This document shows, one piece after another, positions 1-9,995 of a DNA stretch of 64,000 bases. The notes under the pieces are model-generated. The model was not told where the DNA came from, made no database searches, and was given only the letters and a program-made list of their open reading frames with translations. Both the position numbers and the translations under genes were made by a program. Position 1 is the first letter of the stretch. Each line of letters begins with the position of its first letter. Origin of the DNA: a virus; the IMG/VR virus record IMGVR_UViG_3300037606_000137, positions 1 through 64,000 of that record; one strand, 5' to 3'.

Positions 1-790
1 TTATATTATAATTTAAATAACCTTGTTCTAATTGTTCGATATTTTTATAACGCCAAACATATCCACCACTATTACGAATATTGCCTTTACAACACGCAAC
101 AATATTATTTGCACCTGTTGTTTTGGTCGCTTCTGTAATAGTATTCCACTCTTTTATAAAATCACCATTTTTATTAAATTGTAAAATTGTTCTTTTATTT
201 AATTTTTTTTCTTCTGGTATAATAATTTTATCGCCTTGATTACACCAAATATATCCACCTGAAGATTTATATCTACCTGATATAACAGCACCAATATTTT
301 GTGCTTTTAAATTCAACTGGTTCGCTGCTTCTTTTATTGATCGATAATTTTTAATAAAATTACCATTTAAATCATATTGATCTACAGAATTACCAAATTC
401 TAAAAACCATGCATCTGTGTGTTTTGTTCCTAAAGCACCATCACCACCATCTGTATGATTTGTTAATGGTCCTAAATTTAAATCATATCTTCCAATATTT
501 TTAATCAATTTTATTTCTTTTAAACATGCATTTTTATTTGTCATATTCTCATATAATTTTAATATAATAACATTTAATGCTTCATTTTTTATAGCGTTAA
601 TTTTATTTATTTTGTATGATTTATGTTTATCATATAAACCATTTTTACATCGATCGTTTTTCCCTTTACCTATATAAAATGGTTCGTAACCAAATTTATA
701 ATTATTATATTTATAATTACCTGGTTTTCGTGGATCTAAATAAACATATACATAGTATTCTTCTTTTAAACTTATTTCTTTTTTTGTCAT
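1..790 (-). CDS. GIY-YIG homing endonuclease with NUMOD1-like repeats (3' partial, missing from ORF track)
   Basis: Manual translation from ATG at 790: MTKKEISLKEEYYVYVYLDPRKPG...FYIGKG...LTNHTDGGDG; C-terminal 'NIVACCKG...SGGYVWRY' NUMOD1-type repeat; frame runs off the window edge. Confidence 0.8.
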   Translation of the reverse strand, partial: MTKKEISLKEEYYVYVYLDPRKPGNYKYNNYKFGYEPFYIGKGKNDRCKNGLYDKHKSYKINKINAIKNEALNVIILKLYENMTNKNACLKEIKLIKNIGRYDLNLGPLTNHTDGGDGALGTKHTDAWFLEFGNSVDQYDLNGNFIKNYRSIKEAANQLNLKAQNIGAVISGRYKSSGGYIWCNQGDKIIIPEEKKLNKRTILQFNKNGDFIKEWNTITEATKTTGANNIVACCKGNIRNSGGYVWRYKNIEQLEQGYLNYNI

Positions 791-830
791 ATACTATATA
801 GTAAAAACAATCTTACACACTAAATAATTT

Positions 831-1820
831 ATGAATAACTTAATCTGTGATGGCAATTATTTACTTTATAAAAACGTACACACTTTACATAAGTTAAATA
901 GATTATACGGTGATTTATGGAATGCATTGGATAATAATATTACTAAATATACATCAATGAATAAATGGGATAAAGTAATATTAGTATCGGATTCAAATAA
1001 AAAATCGTGGAGATCTAAATATTTAACACAGTATAAATCTCATCGAGTAAAAAATACTGATATTGATTGGGATTTTGTTTTTAAAACATATAATGATTGG
1101 AAAGAATCACATAAAGAAGATATGATTATTTTAGAAGAAGATCATATTGAAGGTGATGATTGGATTACATCTGTTATTTTAAAAATGAATAAAAAAGGTA
1201 AATCAAATGTTATTATAACATCAGATCAAGATTTTTTACAACTTATAAATTATAAATTAAATAAGTCGAAATCGTGGATAAATATACAAATTGTTGATAC
1301 GTTAGGTAAAGAAACAATTTATGTTCCTGAAGGATGGCAATTATTTCTTGAAGAATTTGAAAATAATAGAAATACTGATATTTTTAAATTAGATAATAGT
1401 TGTGAAAATGTTTCATTTTTTAATAGAATTTTAAACAATTGGCAATATACAGAAATAAATCCGTATGAACAATTATTTAGAAAAGTAATACAAGGTGACA
1501 AATCTGATAATATTGAATCAATATATCAAAAATTAACAACAACAGGAAAAATTCAAAATATTGGTAAAGGTGGTGCAATAAAAATGTGGAATTTTTATAA
1601 AGAAAATTATAATAATCATTTTAATACTGAAACAGATGAATTTTCTAATGATATTATAAATTGTTTGGAAAATGTTAATAAAATAGAACTGACAAAAGAA
1701 AAAGAAATTATAGTTAATAAAAATATAAAAAGAAATATAAAATTAATTGAATTACATTATAGACACTATCCTGAATGGGTTATGGAAGAAATAATAGAAA
1801 AATTAAAAATATTTATATAA
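831..1820 (+). CDS. rnh: T4 RNase H-like 5'-3' exonuclease / flap endonuclease
   Basis: DGNY, SWR..Y..YK..R, EGDD, SDQDFLQL and GDKSDNI motifs. Confidence 0.85.
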   Translation: MNNLICDGNYLLYKNVHTLHKLNRLYGDLWNALDNNITKYTSMNKWDKVILVSDSNKKSWRSKYLTQYKSHRVKNTDIDWDFVFKTYNDWKESHKEDMIILEEDHIEGDDWITSVILKMNKKGKSNVIITSDQDFLQLINYKLNKSKSWINIQIVDTLGKETIYVPEGWQLFLEEFENNRNTDIFKLDNSCENVSFFNRILNNWQYTEINPYEQLFRKVIQGDKSDNIESIYQKLTTTGKIQNIGKGGAIKMWNFYKENYNNHFNTETDEFSNDIINCLENVNKIELTKEKEIIVNKNIKRNIKLIELHYRHYPEWVMEEIIEKLKIFI

Positions 1821-1829
1821 TAAAAAAAT

Positions 1830-2498
1830 ATGAGCGAATCTGATTTAATGGAATATGTTCGTGCTGATTTTGAGGCTTTAGGTTATACAACATATGCTGA
1901 GGTATGTTCTAGTACTGGTAAAAGTAAAAGATGTGACATGTATGCACGTATTGAGAATCCTGAACATGAAAATTATGGACATAGTATTGTATTTGAAGCT
2001 AAATTAACATTTAATTTTAAAGTGATGGAACAAGCTAATTTTTGGAAGAATAGAGCACATGATACATATATTATTGTACCATCAACATACAAAAATATTA
2101 GCAGTAGAAGATTTGCTAGACATTTATGTAGTATTTTAGGTATAGGTGTTTTAGAAGTCAATATTAATAAAGATAAATATTATATGACAGTCAAACCAAA
2201 TAGATGTGTTAAACCAAAATACCCAAAATTATATGACGAACAAAAATTAACTAAAGCGTCAAATTCAGAAAATTCATATGTTACACCATTTAAAATAACA
2301 GTAACAAGAATTAATGATTATATGTTAGATAAAGATAAAGAATTTTTAACACAATTAGTAAAAGATGTTAATCATCATTATAAAACAAATATTAGTGCAA
2401 CAAGATCCATTAAATTTTTAATTGAAAAAAATATAATTAATGGATTTTATATAACAAAAGAAAACAATAAACTTGTAATTAAAAAACATGGATTTTAA
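1830..2498 (+). CDS. PD-(D/E)XK nuclease-like protein
   Basis: YAEV...RCDMY...VFEAK...EQA motif pattern. Confidence 0.55.
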   Translation: MSESDLMEYVRADFEALGYTTYAEVCSSTGKSKRCDMYARIENPEHENYGHSIVFEAKLTFNFKVMEQANFWKNRAHDTYIIVPSTYKNISSRRFARHLCSILGIGVLEVNINKDKYYMTVKPNRCVKPKYPKLYDEQKLTKASNSENSYVTPFKITVTRINDYMLDKDKEFLTQLVKDVNHHYKTNISATRSIKFLIEKNIINGFYITKENNKLVIKKHGF

Positions 2499-2883
2499 AA
2501 CAATTGTAGATATAACATATAGTAAAAAAAAAGATTGGGATAAATTAACAATTACAGATAAAGAAACATTTTTTTTTATTTTTAATCGTTATATGTCAAA
2601 AAAATATCCAAAGCAAGCACAATTTTTTAATGACAAAGCAATAGACAAAGCAACAGCTATGGATGTTTGGTTTTCATTTTTAAGTAAAGAAATACGTACA
2701 CCTGTTTGGTTTTGGCGTGGTCCAACAAAAAAGAAAGATCCTGAAATAAAAGGATGGAAAGTAATTCAAGAATTTTGGGAATGTCCAAAAGATGATATAT
2801 ATTTATTATGTGAATTATATTCAAAAGAATTAAAAGAAGAAATTAAAAGAATAGAACAAATAAATTTAGAACAAAATAAATAA
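2488..2883 (+). CDS. putative clamp loader small subunit (gp62-like)
   Basis: Size and 'FFIFNRYMS' resemble gp62-family motif; near RNase H. Confidence 0.4.
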   Translation: MDFKTIVDITYSKKKDWDKLTITDKETFFFIFNRYMSKKYPKQAQFFNDKAIDKATAMDVWFSFLSKEIRTPVWFWRGPTKKKDPEIKGWKVIQEFWECPKDDIYLLCELYSKELKEEIKRIEQINLEQNK

Positions 2884-2885
2884 TT

Positions 2886-3302
2886 ATGGATAAAATAGTA
2901 GATTTTTGGGAATATAAAAATAATAATAATTTATCCATTGATGAATTAATTAGTATAGCTAAAGAATATTTTATTGAAGATTTTATTGAAAATCCTAAAA
3001 AATGGAAAATTAATTTAAATGATATTAATGATATGATGAAAAGTTCAATTAATAAGCATGTTACAAATATTAATGATTGGGTAGATATGAATTTTGATTA
3101 TTTTTGTTCAAATATTATAAAAATTATAGAAGATTGGATTAAAATCAATTCTGATATAGAACCAATTGATATAAAAAACATAACACAAAAATTAATTAAT
3201 GATTATATTAATTTACAATTAAATTTAATGAATAATAAAAAAAATACAATTGTTAATTTAATGGAATCAATAAAAAAAACATATATTGATTTTAGATATT
3301 AA
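2886..3302 (+). CDS. hypothetical protein
   Basis: 138-aa ORF continuing the operon. Confidence 0.6.
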   Translation: MDKIVDFWEYKNNNNLSIDELISIAKEYFIEDFIENPKKWKINLNDINDMMKSSINKHVTNINDWVDMNFDYFCSNIIKIIEDWIKINSDIEPIDIKNITQKLINDYINLQLNLMNNKKNTIVNLMESIKKTYIDFRY

Positions 3303-4204
3303 GTATTAAAAAAATCTGCTTCTTTTTTTCTTCTCGGTATATGTCCTGGATATGATATTGCTGTAGATTTTATTTTATGTTTAGCTTCACTATAATTACC
3401 ACTTTTAACTAATTGTATAAAATCAGTTTTTCTAAAATTACCAATACCCATATTAAAAATCATAGAAATCATAGAATCATACATACCTTGTGTTATATTA
3501 TAATTTATTTTTTTATCTTTCCAATTATCTAATATTTTATCTAAACCCATTTTAGCATCTAAAATATCATACTTTAATAAATTTAATGCCTCTTTATGTG
3601 TTATCGTTGTATGTCCCACTTTCATTTTGGTTTTAGATACTCTTTCAGCATGTCCAAATCCAATTGTTAACATACCGTCACCAATATCATATGCTGTTAA
3701 TACAGGTTCCCCTTTATGTTTTATAGAACCTTCTTCATGTTTTAAAAAATCTATTAAATTATTTGAAAATGTTATTGGTTTTTTAAAAACATCACGTGAA
3801 TTTACAATTTCTGTTCTATTATATGCCAAATTAACAATTTTTACTAATTCTGTTTTATTTAATTCATTCAATGTATTAAATTCATCAATAATAGTAATCA
3901 TTTCATTAAATGATAAAATACTAACAAAACCTAAAACAAAATTTTTAAATAATTTTAATCTGAATTTATATGGTAACGCTTTTATTTTAGATATAATTTT
4001 ATTAATGTATTTAAATATTACATCTTTTCCTAATTTTAATTTTTTAATTAATTCTGAATCTTTTTTAATAACATCTGTTAAATCCCATTCAAATTCATTA
4101 GATATATCAGATTCTAATAATAAATATAATTTATCTATTGCTAACAATGCCTTAAATTTATTTTCATATAAATGATATTCATAATCAACTATCGTTAAAA
4201 TCAT
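3299..4204 (-). CDS. GH24 phage lysozyme with N-terminal extension
   Basis: HEEG...AYDIGDGMLTIGFGH, SMIFNMGIG, RRKKEA motifs. Confidence 0.85.
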   Translation of the reverse strand: MILTIVDYEYHLYENKFKALLAIDKLYLLLESDISNEFEWDLTDVIKKDSELIKKLKLGKDVIFKYINKIISKIKALPYKFRLKLFKNFVLGFVSILSFNEMITIIDEFNTLNELNKTELVKIVNLAYNRTEIVNSRDVFKKPITFSNNLIDFLKHEEGSIKHKGEPVLTAYDIGDGMLTIGFGHAERVSKTKMKVGHTTITHKEALNLLKYDILDAKMGLDKILDNWKDKKINYNITQGMYDSMISMIFNMGIGNFRKTDFIQLVKSGNYSEAKHKIKSTAISYPGHIPRRKKEADFFNT

Positions 4205-4252
4205 TAAAAATATTTATTTTTATTTTATATATTCAATTATTAATTATTAAAT

Positions 4253-5212
4253 TTAATAATTATTTTTTTTATTATGCGAATAAATTTTATTAATAATATT
4301 AATAAAATTTTCTATTGATAATACGTTTTTCATACTATTAATTATAGCAGTACAAAATACAACATTATCAATAGTATATCCCTTTTCTGAATTTATACGA
4401 TCAATAGATAAAACATTATTATTATTTGATGAAAACGATAAAATATCACCACTATAATAGCATTTTCCTTTTTGTTTATTATATAAATCAATTAAATTTT
4501 CTACAGTTAAATCAAAAGTCATATTATATTTTTTAGCTCGTGTTTTACTAGTACTATATCTATATTTTAATATTGTGTTTAAATCTGTATTTTCAGAAAA
4601 ATTAATTCTATTTTTTGTTGTTTCTGTTTTAGTGCATTTTTTACATTTTGATCTATTATTTTTATAAAACTCAATTAAATTTAAAACATTATTACATTTT
4701 ATACATTTTCCAAGACCTTTTGAATATAATTTATTATTATATTCAATTTTTGCAGCATTTTCTGATGATAAATTAAATTCTTTTGCTTTAGATTTAATTG
4801 TTGTCCATCCTCGTTTCATAATTTTAGAAATGTCCCTATATGGAATACCATCTTCAATATGTTTTTGCAATAATAAATTTTCATCATTTGTCCAAGGTCT
4901 ACTTTTACCATTACTGAATTTCATAATAATATTATGTCGTTCACACACATTTTTAATAGTTGCTATACTTCTTTTTAATTTAGTTGCTAATGCTGTTATT
5001 GTTTGTTTTTCTTTTATAAATTGTTTAATTATTAATATTTCATCTTCTGTTACAGATTTATTTATTTTTTTTAATTTAATTTTATATTTAGTTGTGAAAT
5101 TGCGTATTATATATTTTGGTATTTTTGTATCAGAAAATACATCATTAATTGAAATGTTCTCTGTTATTTTATTTTCAAAATATATTTCTAATTTTTTTTC
5201 TTGTGCTTGCAT
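4253..5212 (-). CDS. HNH-type homing endonuclease with HTH/Myb-like and Zn-finger regions
   Basis: CYYSG...SIDRINSEKGYTIDNVVFC...N; CxxC pairs; 'PWT.DE' Myb-like segment. Confidence 0.75.
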   Translation of the reverse strand: MQAQEKKLEIYFENKITENISINDVFSDTKIPKYIIRNFTTKYKIKLKKINKSVTEDEILIIKQFIKEKQTITALATKLKRSIATIKNVCERHNIIMKFSNGKSRPWTNDENLLLQKHIEDGIPYRDISKIMKRGWTTIKSKAKEFNLSSENAAKIEYNNKLYSKGLGKCIKCNNVLNLIEFYKNNRSKCKKCTKTETTKNRINFSENTDLNTILKYRYSTSKTRAKKYNMTFDLTVENLIDLYNKQKGKCYYSGDILSFSSNNNNVLSIDRINSEKGYTIDNVVFCTAIINSMKNVLSIENFINIINKIYSHNKKNNY

Positions 5213-5316
5213 ATAATTTTTTTATTATTATATATTAAAAATTATTTTATTTTATATACAGCGATTTGCAAAATTATTTATATATTTGTTAAATAATAAT
5301 AATAATAATAATAATA

Positions 5317-6312
5317 ATGGGAGGGCAAGCGTTAAAAAATACATTCACCAGAAGATATAATAAAGATGAATTTGATTTATTAACACCAATAGTAAAAGAA
5401 AAATTAGAAAAGTATTTTAAAAAAGTATATTTAATACAAGGTCATAGAAATAAAGAAACATATGGTGATGCTGATTTTTTAGTTTTAATTGATGATAATG
5501 AATTAAATATTAATACTATATTAAATGATGAATTTTTTACTAAGGAAATTTTTAAAAATGGTAATATATATTCATTTGAATATAAAGAATTTCAAATTGA
5601 TTTAATTCTAACAACACAATCTAAATGGGAAACATCAATCAATTATTTTAATTGGTCAGATCTTGGAAATTTAATTGGCAAAGTTGCACATAAATTTGGA
5701 TTGAAATGGGGATTTGAAGGTTTGGTTTATGTATATCGTACAGATGGTAAAGTATTAGGTAATATCAATGTTAGTAAAGATTATCGTGAAGTATTAACGT
5801 TTTTAGGATTTGATTCAGATCGTTATGATTTAGGTTTTAAAAACCTTGATGAAATTTTTGATTATGTTACATCTTCAAAATATTTTAATCCATGGATGTT
5901 TGATTTTGAAACATTAAATCGTATCAATAGAGAACGTGATCAAAAAAGAACAACATATGCAAACTTTGTAAAACATGTTACACCAATGAAAGAAATTGGT
6001 CAAGATGCATATTTTTATTTTTATCCAAATAAATCTGTATACTTAGGTCATATTGATTTTAACTTTCCAGGATTCTTAAAAGAATATAACGAATTAGAAA
6101 TTATTGAAAACCGTAGATTAAAAGTAAAATCTATATTCAATGGTAAACTTGTTATGGAAGCATATCCAAATTTGAAAGGTCAAGCTTTAGGTAATGCTTT
6201 ACATAAATTTGAAAATGCGTTTGCGTCTAAATATGAATTTGAAGAATCTATTCTTACTATTAATAATACTAAAAGTGTTATTTTACAATTTAAATTAATA
6301 AATGGTTTATAA
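5317..6312 (+). CDS. Pol-beta superfamily nucleotidyltransferase
   Basis: MGG start, YGDADFLV and FQIDLI acidic triad. Confidence 0.6.
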   Translation: MGGQALKNTFTRRYNKDEFDLLTPIVKEKLEKYFKKVYLIQGHRNKETYGDADFLVLIDDNELNINTILNDEFFTKEIFKNGNIYSFEYKEFQIDLILTTQSKWETSINYFNWSDLGNLIGKVAHKFGLKWGFEGLVYVYRTDGKVLGNINVSKDYREVLTFLGFDSDRYDLGFKNLDEIFDYVTSSKYFNPWMFDFETLNRINRERDQKRTTYANFVKHVTPMKEIGQDAYFYFYPNKSVYLGHIDFNFPGFLKEYNELEIIENRRLKVKSIFNGKLVMEAYPNLKGQALGNALHKFENAFASKYEFEESILTINNTKSVILQFKLINGL

Positions 6313-6361
6313 TTCAAATATTATTTGTATATTCGTTTTATGAATAAATATAATGTAAAAC

Positions 6362-6808
6362 ATGAAAACATCTATAATAAAAGATATAAACGGATCACCA
6401 TATATTGGAATTGATATTTTAAAAACACATTATAATATGTTCGGATTATTAATGACTTGGGCATTTAATAATATTGATAATTTTATTTTTTGTAATGATA
6501 ATTTATTACTTAGAAATAATAACAAATATCATTTGACATTATTTAATGTTATGGAATGTAATAAATCAACAAATTTGTTATTTTATAATGATATAAACAT
6601 TAATGATATTAAATTAACAGGGATTGGTTCAATTAGTATAAATGATATGACAACATATTTTATTGTTTGTAAATCTAAAAAATTAAATACTATACGAAAA
6701 AATGTCAATTTTGAAATAAAAGATTTGCATATAACCATAGGATTTACTAAAAAAGATTTATTTCATGATAGAAAAAATAATACCAATATATTTGATATTT
6801 ATTTATAA
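6362..6808 (+). CDS. 2H phosphoesterase
   Basis: Two HxT motifs: YHLTL and LHITIGF. Confidence 0.75.
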   Translation: MKTSIIKDINGSPYIGIDILKTHYNMFGLLMTWAFNNIDNFIFCNDNLLLRNNNKYHLTLFNVMECNKSTNLLFYNDININDIKLTGIGSISINDMTTYFIVCKSKKLNTIRKNVNFEIKDLHITIGFTKKDLFHDRKNNTNIFDIYL

Positions 6809-7024
6809 GTTTCAAATGTATTATTTATATCTTAAAATCATTTGTAATGAACTTTAAACAATTAAATAATCAAACCATTATATAAATAATTAAAGTGTCT
6901 TATATTACGTCTTTTAAAATAAATTAAAACATATGTTTTAATTTATTTTATATTTTTTTAATAAAAAAGTTTTTTATTGAAATAAAATTGCTATATTCGT
7001 ATTGTTCAAATAACAAATAACAAT

Positions 7025-7456
7025 ATGCAAGTAACTTATATTAAAATAAAAAACATTTCAGACGAAAATACAATTATTAATTTTGTTCATAATTGTTTAA
7101 AATTTATGACTGATGATGAATTTGATAAAATTGCTTTTCATGAAATTAATGAGACTGAAGAAATAGCGTTTGCATTTTTAACGGAACAACAAACTGAAAA
7201 TTTTGTTAAAGAATTAAAAAGTGTAGAAATGTATATTTCACATCAAAATATTACAGATGCTGTTCTTGTTGGTAATGCAAATAAGAACACAACATTTGAA
7301 AAAGTATTTTCAAGTCTTAATATTGATACATTTGTTATTGATTTATTAAATGATTTTTTGAAAAATTATTTAACTAAAGATATTGTTCTCGATAAAATAT
7401 TAGAAAACGGTATTGATAGTTTGACAAAACTAGATAAAGATATTTTAGATGCATAA
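7025..7456 (+). CDS. hypothetical protein
   Basis: C-terminal 'DIVLDKILENGIDSLTKLDK' resembles a short domain seen in Bacteroidota proteins. Confidence 0.6.
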   Translation: MQVTYIKIKNISDENTIINFVHNCLKFMTDDEFDKIAFHEINETEEIAFAFLTEQQTENFVKELKSVEMYISHQNITDAVLVGNANKNTTFEKVFSSLNIDTFVIDLLNDFLKNYLTKDIVLDKILENGIDSLTKLDKDILDA

Positions 7457-7488
7457 AAAAAGAGGTTCAAATATTTGAACCTCTTTTT
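7456..7488. terminator. bidirectional intrinsic terminator
   Basis: aaaaaagaggttcaaa-ta-tttgaacctctttttt between convergent genes. Confidence 0.85.
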
Positions 7489-7507
7489 ATTATTAAATTA
7501 TTTTAAA

Positions 7508-8230
7508 TTATGCACCAACTGTTTGTGCTGTTGTACCTGTTGCTAATTTATTCATTCCTTTTTTACCTTCTTTATATAATAAAATTATTTTATCACCTTT
7601 ATCAAATGTTTCAATAGTACCTAAATAATTATTTTTTGCAATTGTTTTTAAAGCATTTTCCATAGTATAAGGTATTGTTTTATTATCTCCATATTCTTGA
7701 AATACTAAATTTTTACCTTTAAATTTTGCTTCTATTTCTTTTAATCTTGAAATAGAATTTTTTTTTTTCTCTTCTATTTCTTCTTTAGATCCACCTCTAA
7801 AAAAATCACCTAAACCTTCTTCTAAAGGTTCCATATCATCATCCATTTCAGTTTCATCACTCATATCATCATCCATTTCAGTTTCATAACTCATATCATC
7901 GTCTATTTCAACATTATCTATTGTGTGTGAAACATTTTGAAATACATCAAATGCTATTTGTAATTGTTCATCTGTAGGCATTTCTAAAACATCTAACTCT
8001 TCATCATTTTCAGATTCTTCGTTTAATTCATTTAATTTTAATGTATATGCATCTTTAAATACATCAAATGTGAATTCTTCATTTTTATCATTATCATCAT
8101 CATCATTATCATCATCTTCATTATCAACAACTGCAGGCATGTCGTCGTCTTCAAAATTTTCTGTAATGTATTTAAATGCTCCCGGATTTTTTGCTTTTTC
8201 AGCTATAAACGTTTTTATATTAGTAATCAT
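7508..8230 (-). CDS. acidic protein, probably a virion internal protein
   Basis: MITNIKTFIAE N-terminal tag; D/E-rich; 30-bp tandem repeats encoding DDDMS.ETEM. Confidence 0.6.
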   Translation of the reverse strand: MITNIKTFIAEKAKNPGAFKYITENFEDDDMPAVVDNEDDDNDDDDNDKNEEFTFDVFKDAYTLKLNELNEESENDEELDVLEMPTDEQLQIAFDVFQNVSHTIDNVEIDDDMSYETEMDDDMSDETEMDDDMEPLEEGLGDFFRGGSKEEIEEKKKNSISRLKEIEAKFKGKNLVFQEYGDNKTIPYTMENALKTIAKNNYLGTIETFDKGDKIILLYKEGKKGMNKLATGTTAQTVGA

Positions 8231-8269
8231 AATTTTTTATTTTTTTTTTTTATATATTGTTTTTACATA

Positions 8270-8698
8270 TTACATTTCTATTTCACCTTGTGGCATATCA
8301 TCAGATGGTGTTAATGGTGTTTCTGTTGAAATTATTGGTTCATCAAAATTTTGATCGTTTTCAACATCATCAACTTCATCAGATGTAATTTCTGTAGATG
8401 CTTCACCTGGCGCCTTTGTTGGTTCACCTAATATAGTATTAACTGGTAAAGATTCAATATTAATAAAATTTGTTGTTACATATGAAACAAGCATTTCTGC
8501 TAATTCTATATCTGACCAATTTTCTCTTGGATCTGTACCTTGTTCTTTTTTAGCTTTACTTACAAAAGCATTAATTAATGATTTTGGAATATCTATACTT
8601 GTTCTTACTTTATATAAATCACCCATTTTGAAAACTGATTCGTGAATAGAATTTAATCTTTCACTTATTACTTGTTCTTTTGTTTTTAAAAATGCCAT
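8270..8698 (-). CDS. hypothetical protein (possibly virion)
   Basis: 142-aa ORF with acidic tail. Confidence 0.6.
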   Translation of the reverse strand: MAFLKTKEQVISERLNSIHESVFKMGDLYKVRTSIDIPKSLINAFVSKAKKEQGTDPRENWSDIELAEMLVSYVTTNFINIESLPVNTILGEPTKAPGEASTEITSDEVDDVENDQNFDEPIISTETPLTPSDDMPQGEIEM

Positions 8699-8722
8699 TT
8701 TTAATAATATTTTTTATTTTTA

Positions 8723-8968
8723 TTATATATTGTTTTTATATAGTTGTTTTATTTTATCTTTTAACTCATCTGTAAAATTTTCATTATCTGTTTTAAATGT
8801 TTTTATTTTAGAATTAGTCATAGATTTTGCCATAAATTCACCTTGATGAATTTGTTTAATTAATTCATCGTCATAAAATAATTTAACTGTATCAAAATAT
8901 TCATTATCATTTGAAATAAGTTGTTCATTAATTAAATATGATTTAAATTTCTTTATAGTTGTTATCAT
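8723..8968 (-). CDS. small protein with MITT-type N-terminal tag
   Basis: MITTIKKFKSYLINE. Confidence 0.6.
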   Translation of the reverse strand: MITTIKKFKSYLINEQLISNDNEYFDTVKLFYDDELIKQIHQGEFMAKSMTNSKIKTFKTDNENFTDELKDKIKQLYKNNI

Positions 8969-8990
8969 AAATTATATATTTGTTTTTTTT

Positions 8991-9734
8991 TTATTTTGCA
9001 ACAGTATAACCTAAAACACCACCACCAATAAATAAAACACTACCACCAACAATTGTAAATAATCTTTTATTTTTATCATACCATCTACCAAACTTACTAG
9101 CACGTTGTTCTGGTGGTATAATAAAATTTTGCATATTATTTACAACTAAATCAGGATCATTTATTTTATAATTAACCATAATAGATTTATCTTTTTGTCT
9201 TTCAAACGTTGTTAAAATATTAAAATTATATTTATATGTAAAATTAAATTTAATATTTGTATCTAAAGTAATATTAGATTTCCATTGCAAATGTTTTGTT
9301 GTATCTTTTTCACTAAAAGTTAAAACTGATCCTAATTTAAAAGAAATTGTATCTGATTTAATAAATCCGGGATTATCGTCTTTATTTATTTCAGCTAGTA
9401 ATTCACCGTGTTTTTCTAATTCAGCTTTTGATGCAGCAATTAAACCTTTAATTTTTTTTAATTCATTATAGTATTCTTGTTGATCTTTAGATAATGTTTT
9501 AAAATATTCAGAATTTAATAAATCATCTAAATATATTTCTGGTGTTTTCTTTGAATATGTTGTAAAACCATTTTTTATAGAAACACTAATTGTGTCATTT
9601 AATGCATTAATAGTATTCTCATAATTGTCGAATTTTTTAGTCATATTATTAAGTTTATTATACCCAAAATAACCAATAAATATTAATAGAATTATTAACA
9701 ATAAATAAACTATATCTTTTTTCTCAAATTTCAT
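8991..9734 (-). CDS. membrane protein, possibly spanin-like
   Basis: N-terminal TM helix, coiled coil, C-terminal Gly-rich hydrophobic segment. Confidence 0.45.
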   Translation of the reverse strand: MKFEKKDIVYLLLIILLIFIGYFGYNKLNNMTKKFDNYENTINALNDTISVSIKNGFTTYSKKTPEIYLDDLLNSEYFKTLSKDQQEYYNELKKIKGLIAASKAELEKHGELLAEINKDDNPGFIKSDTISFKLGSVLTFSEKDTTKHLQWKSNITLDTNIKFNFTYKYNFNILTTFERQKDKSIMVNYKINDPDLVVNNMQNFIIPPEQRASKFGRWYDKNKRLFTIVGGSVLFIGGGVLGYTVAK

Positions 9735-9995
9735 AAATATTTCGTATTTTTTTTTTATAAATTATATATTAAATAATTAAATATTTATAAAAAAAAAGTT
9801 ATATATTTTTTTAATATTTTTTTATATATCATATGTGGTCCAAAAAATACTATTCAGTGAATAGTATTTTTTATATTTTTCGTGTATTTAAATTTTGATA
9901 TTTTGTGCATGTTTTTTGTTAAAAAATATATATACCATAAGTATTAAAAAAAATACTATATAAAGGTATAATATATTAAAAAATCATATAAAAAT

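Noticed and set aside
616-801. 61-aa plus-strand ORF
   Set aside because: Antisense shadow of the GIY-YIG gene on the minus strand
3627-5216. Plus-strand ORFs 3627-4175 and 4830-5216, and similar antisense ORFs elsewhere
   Set aside because: Shadows of well-supported genes with no motifs of their own
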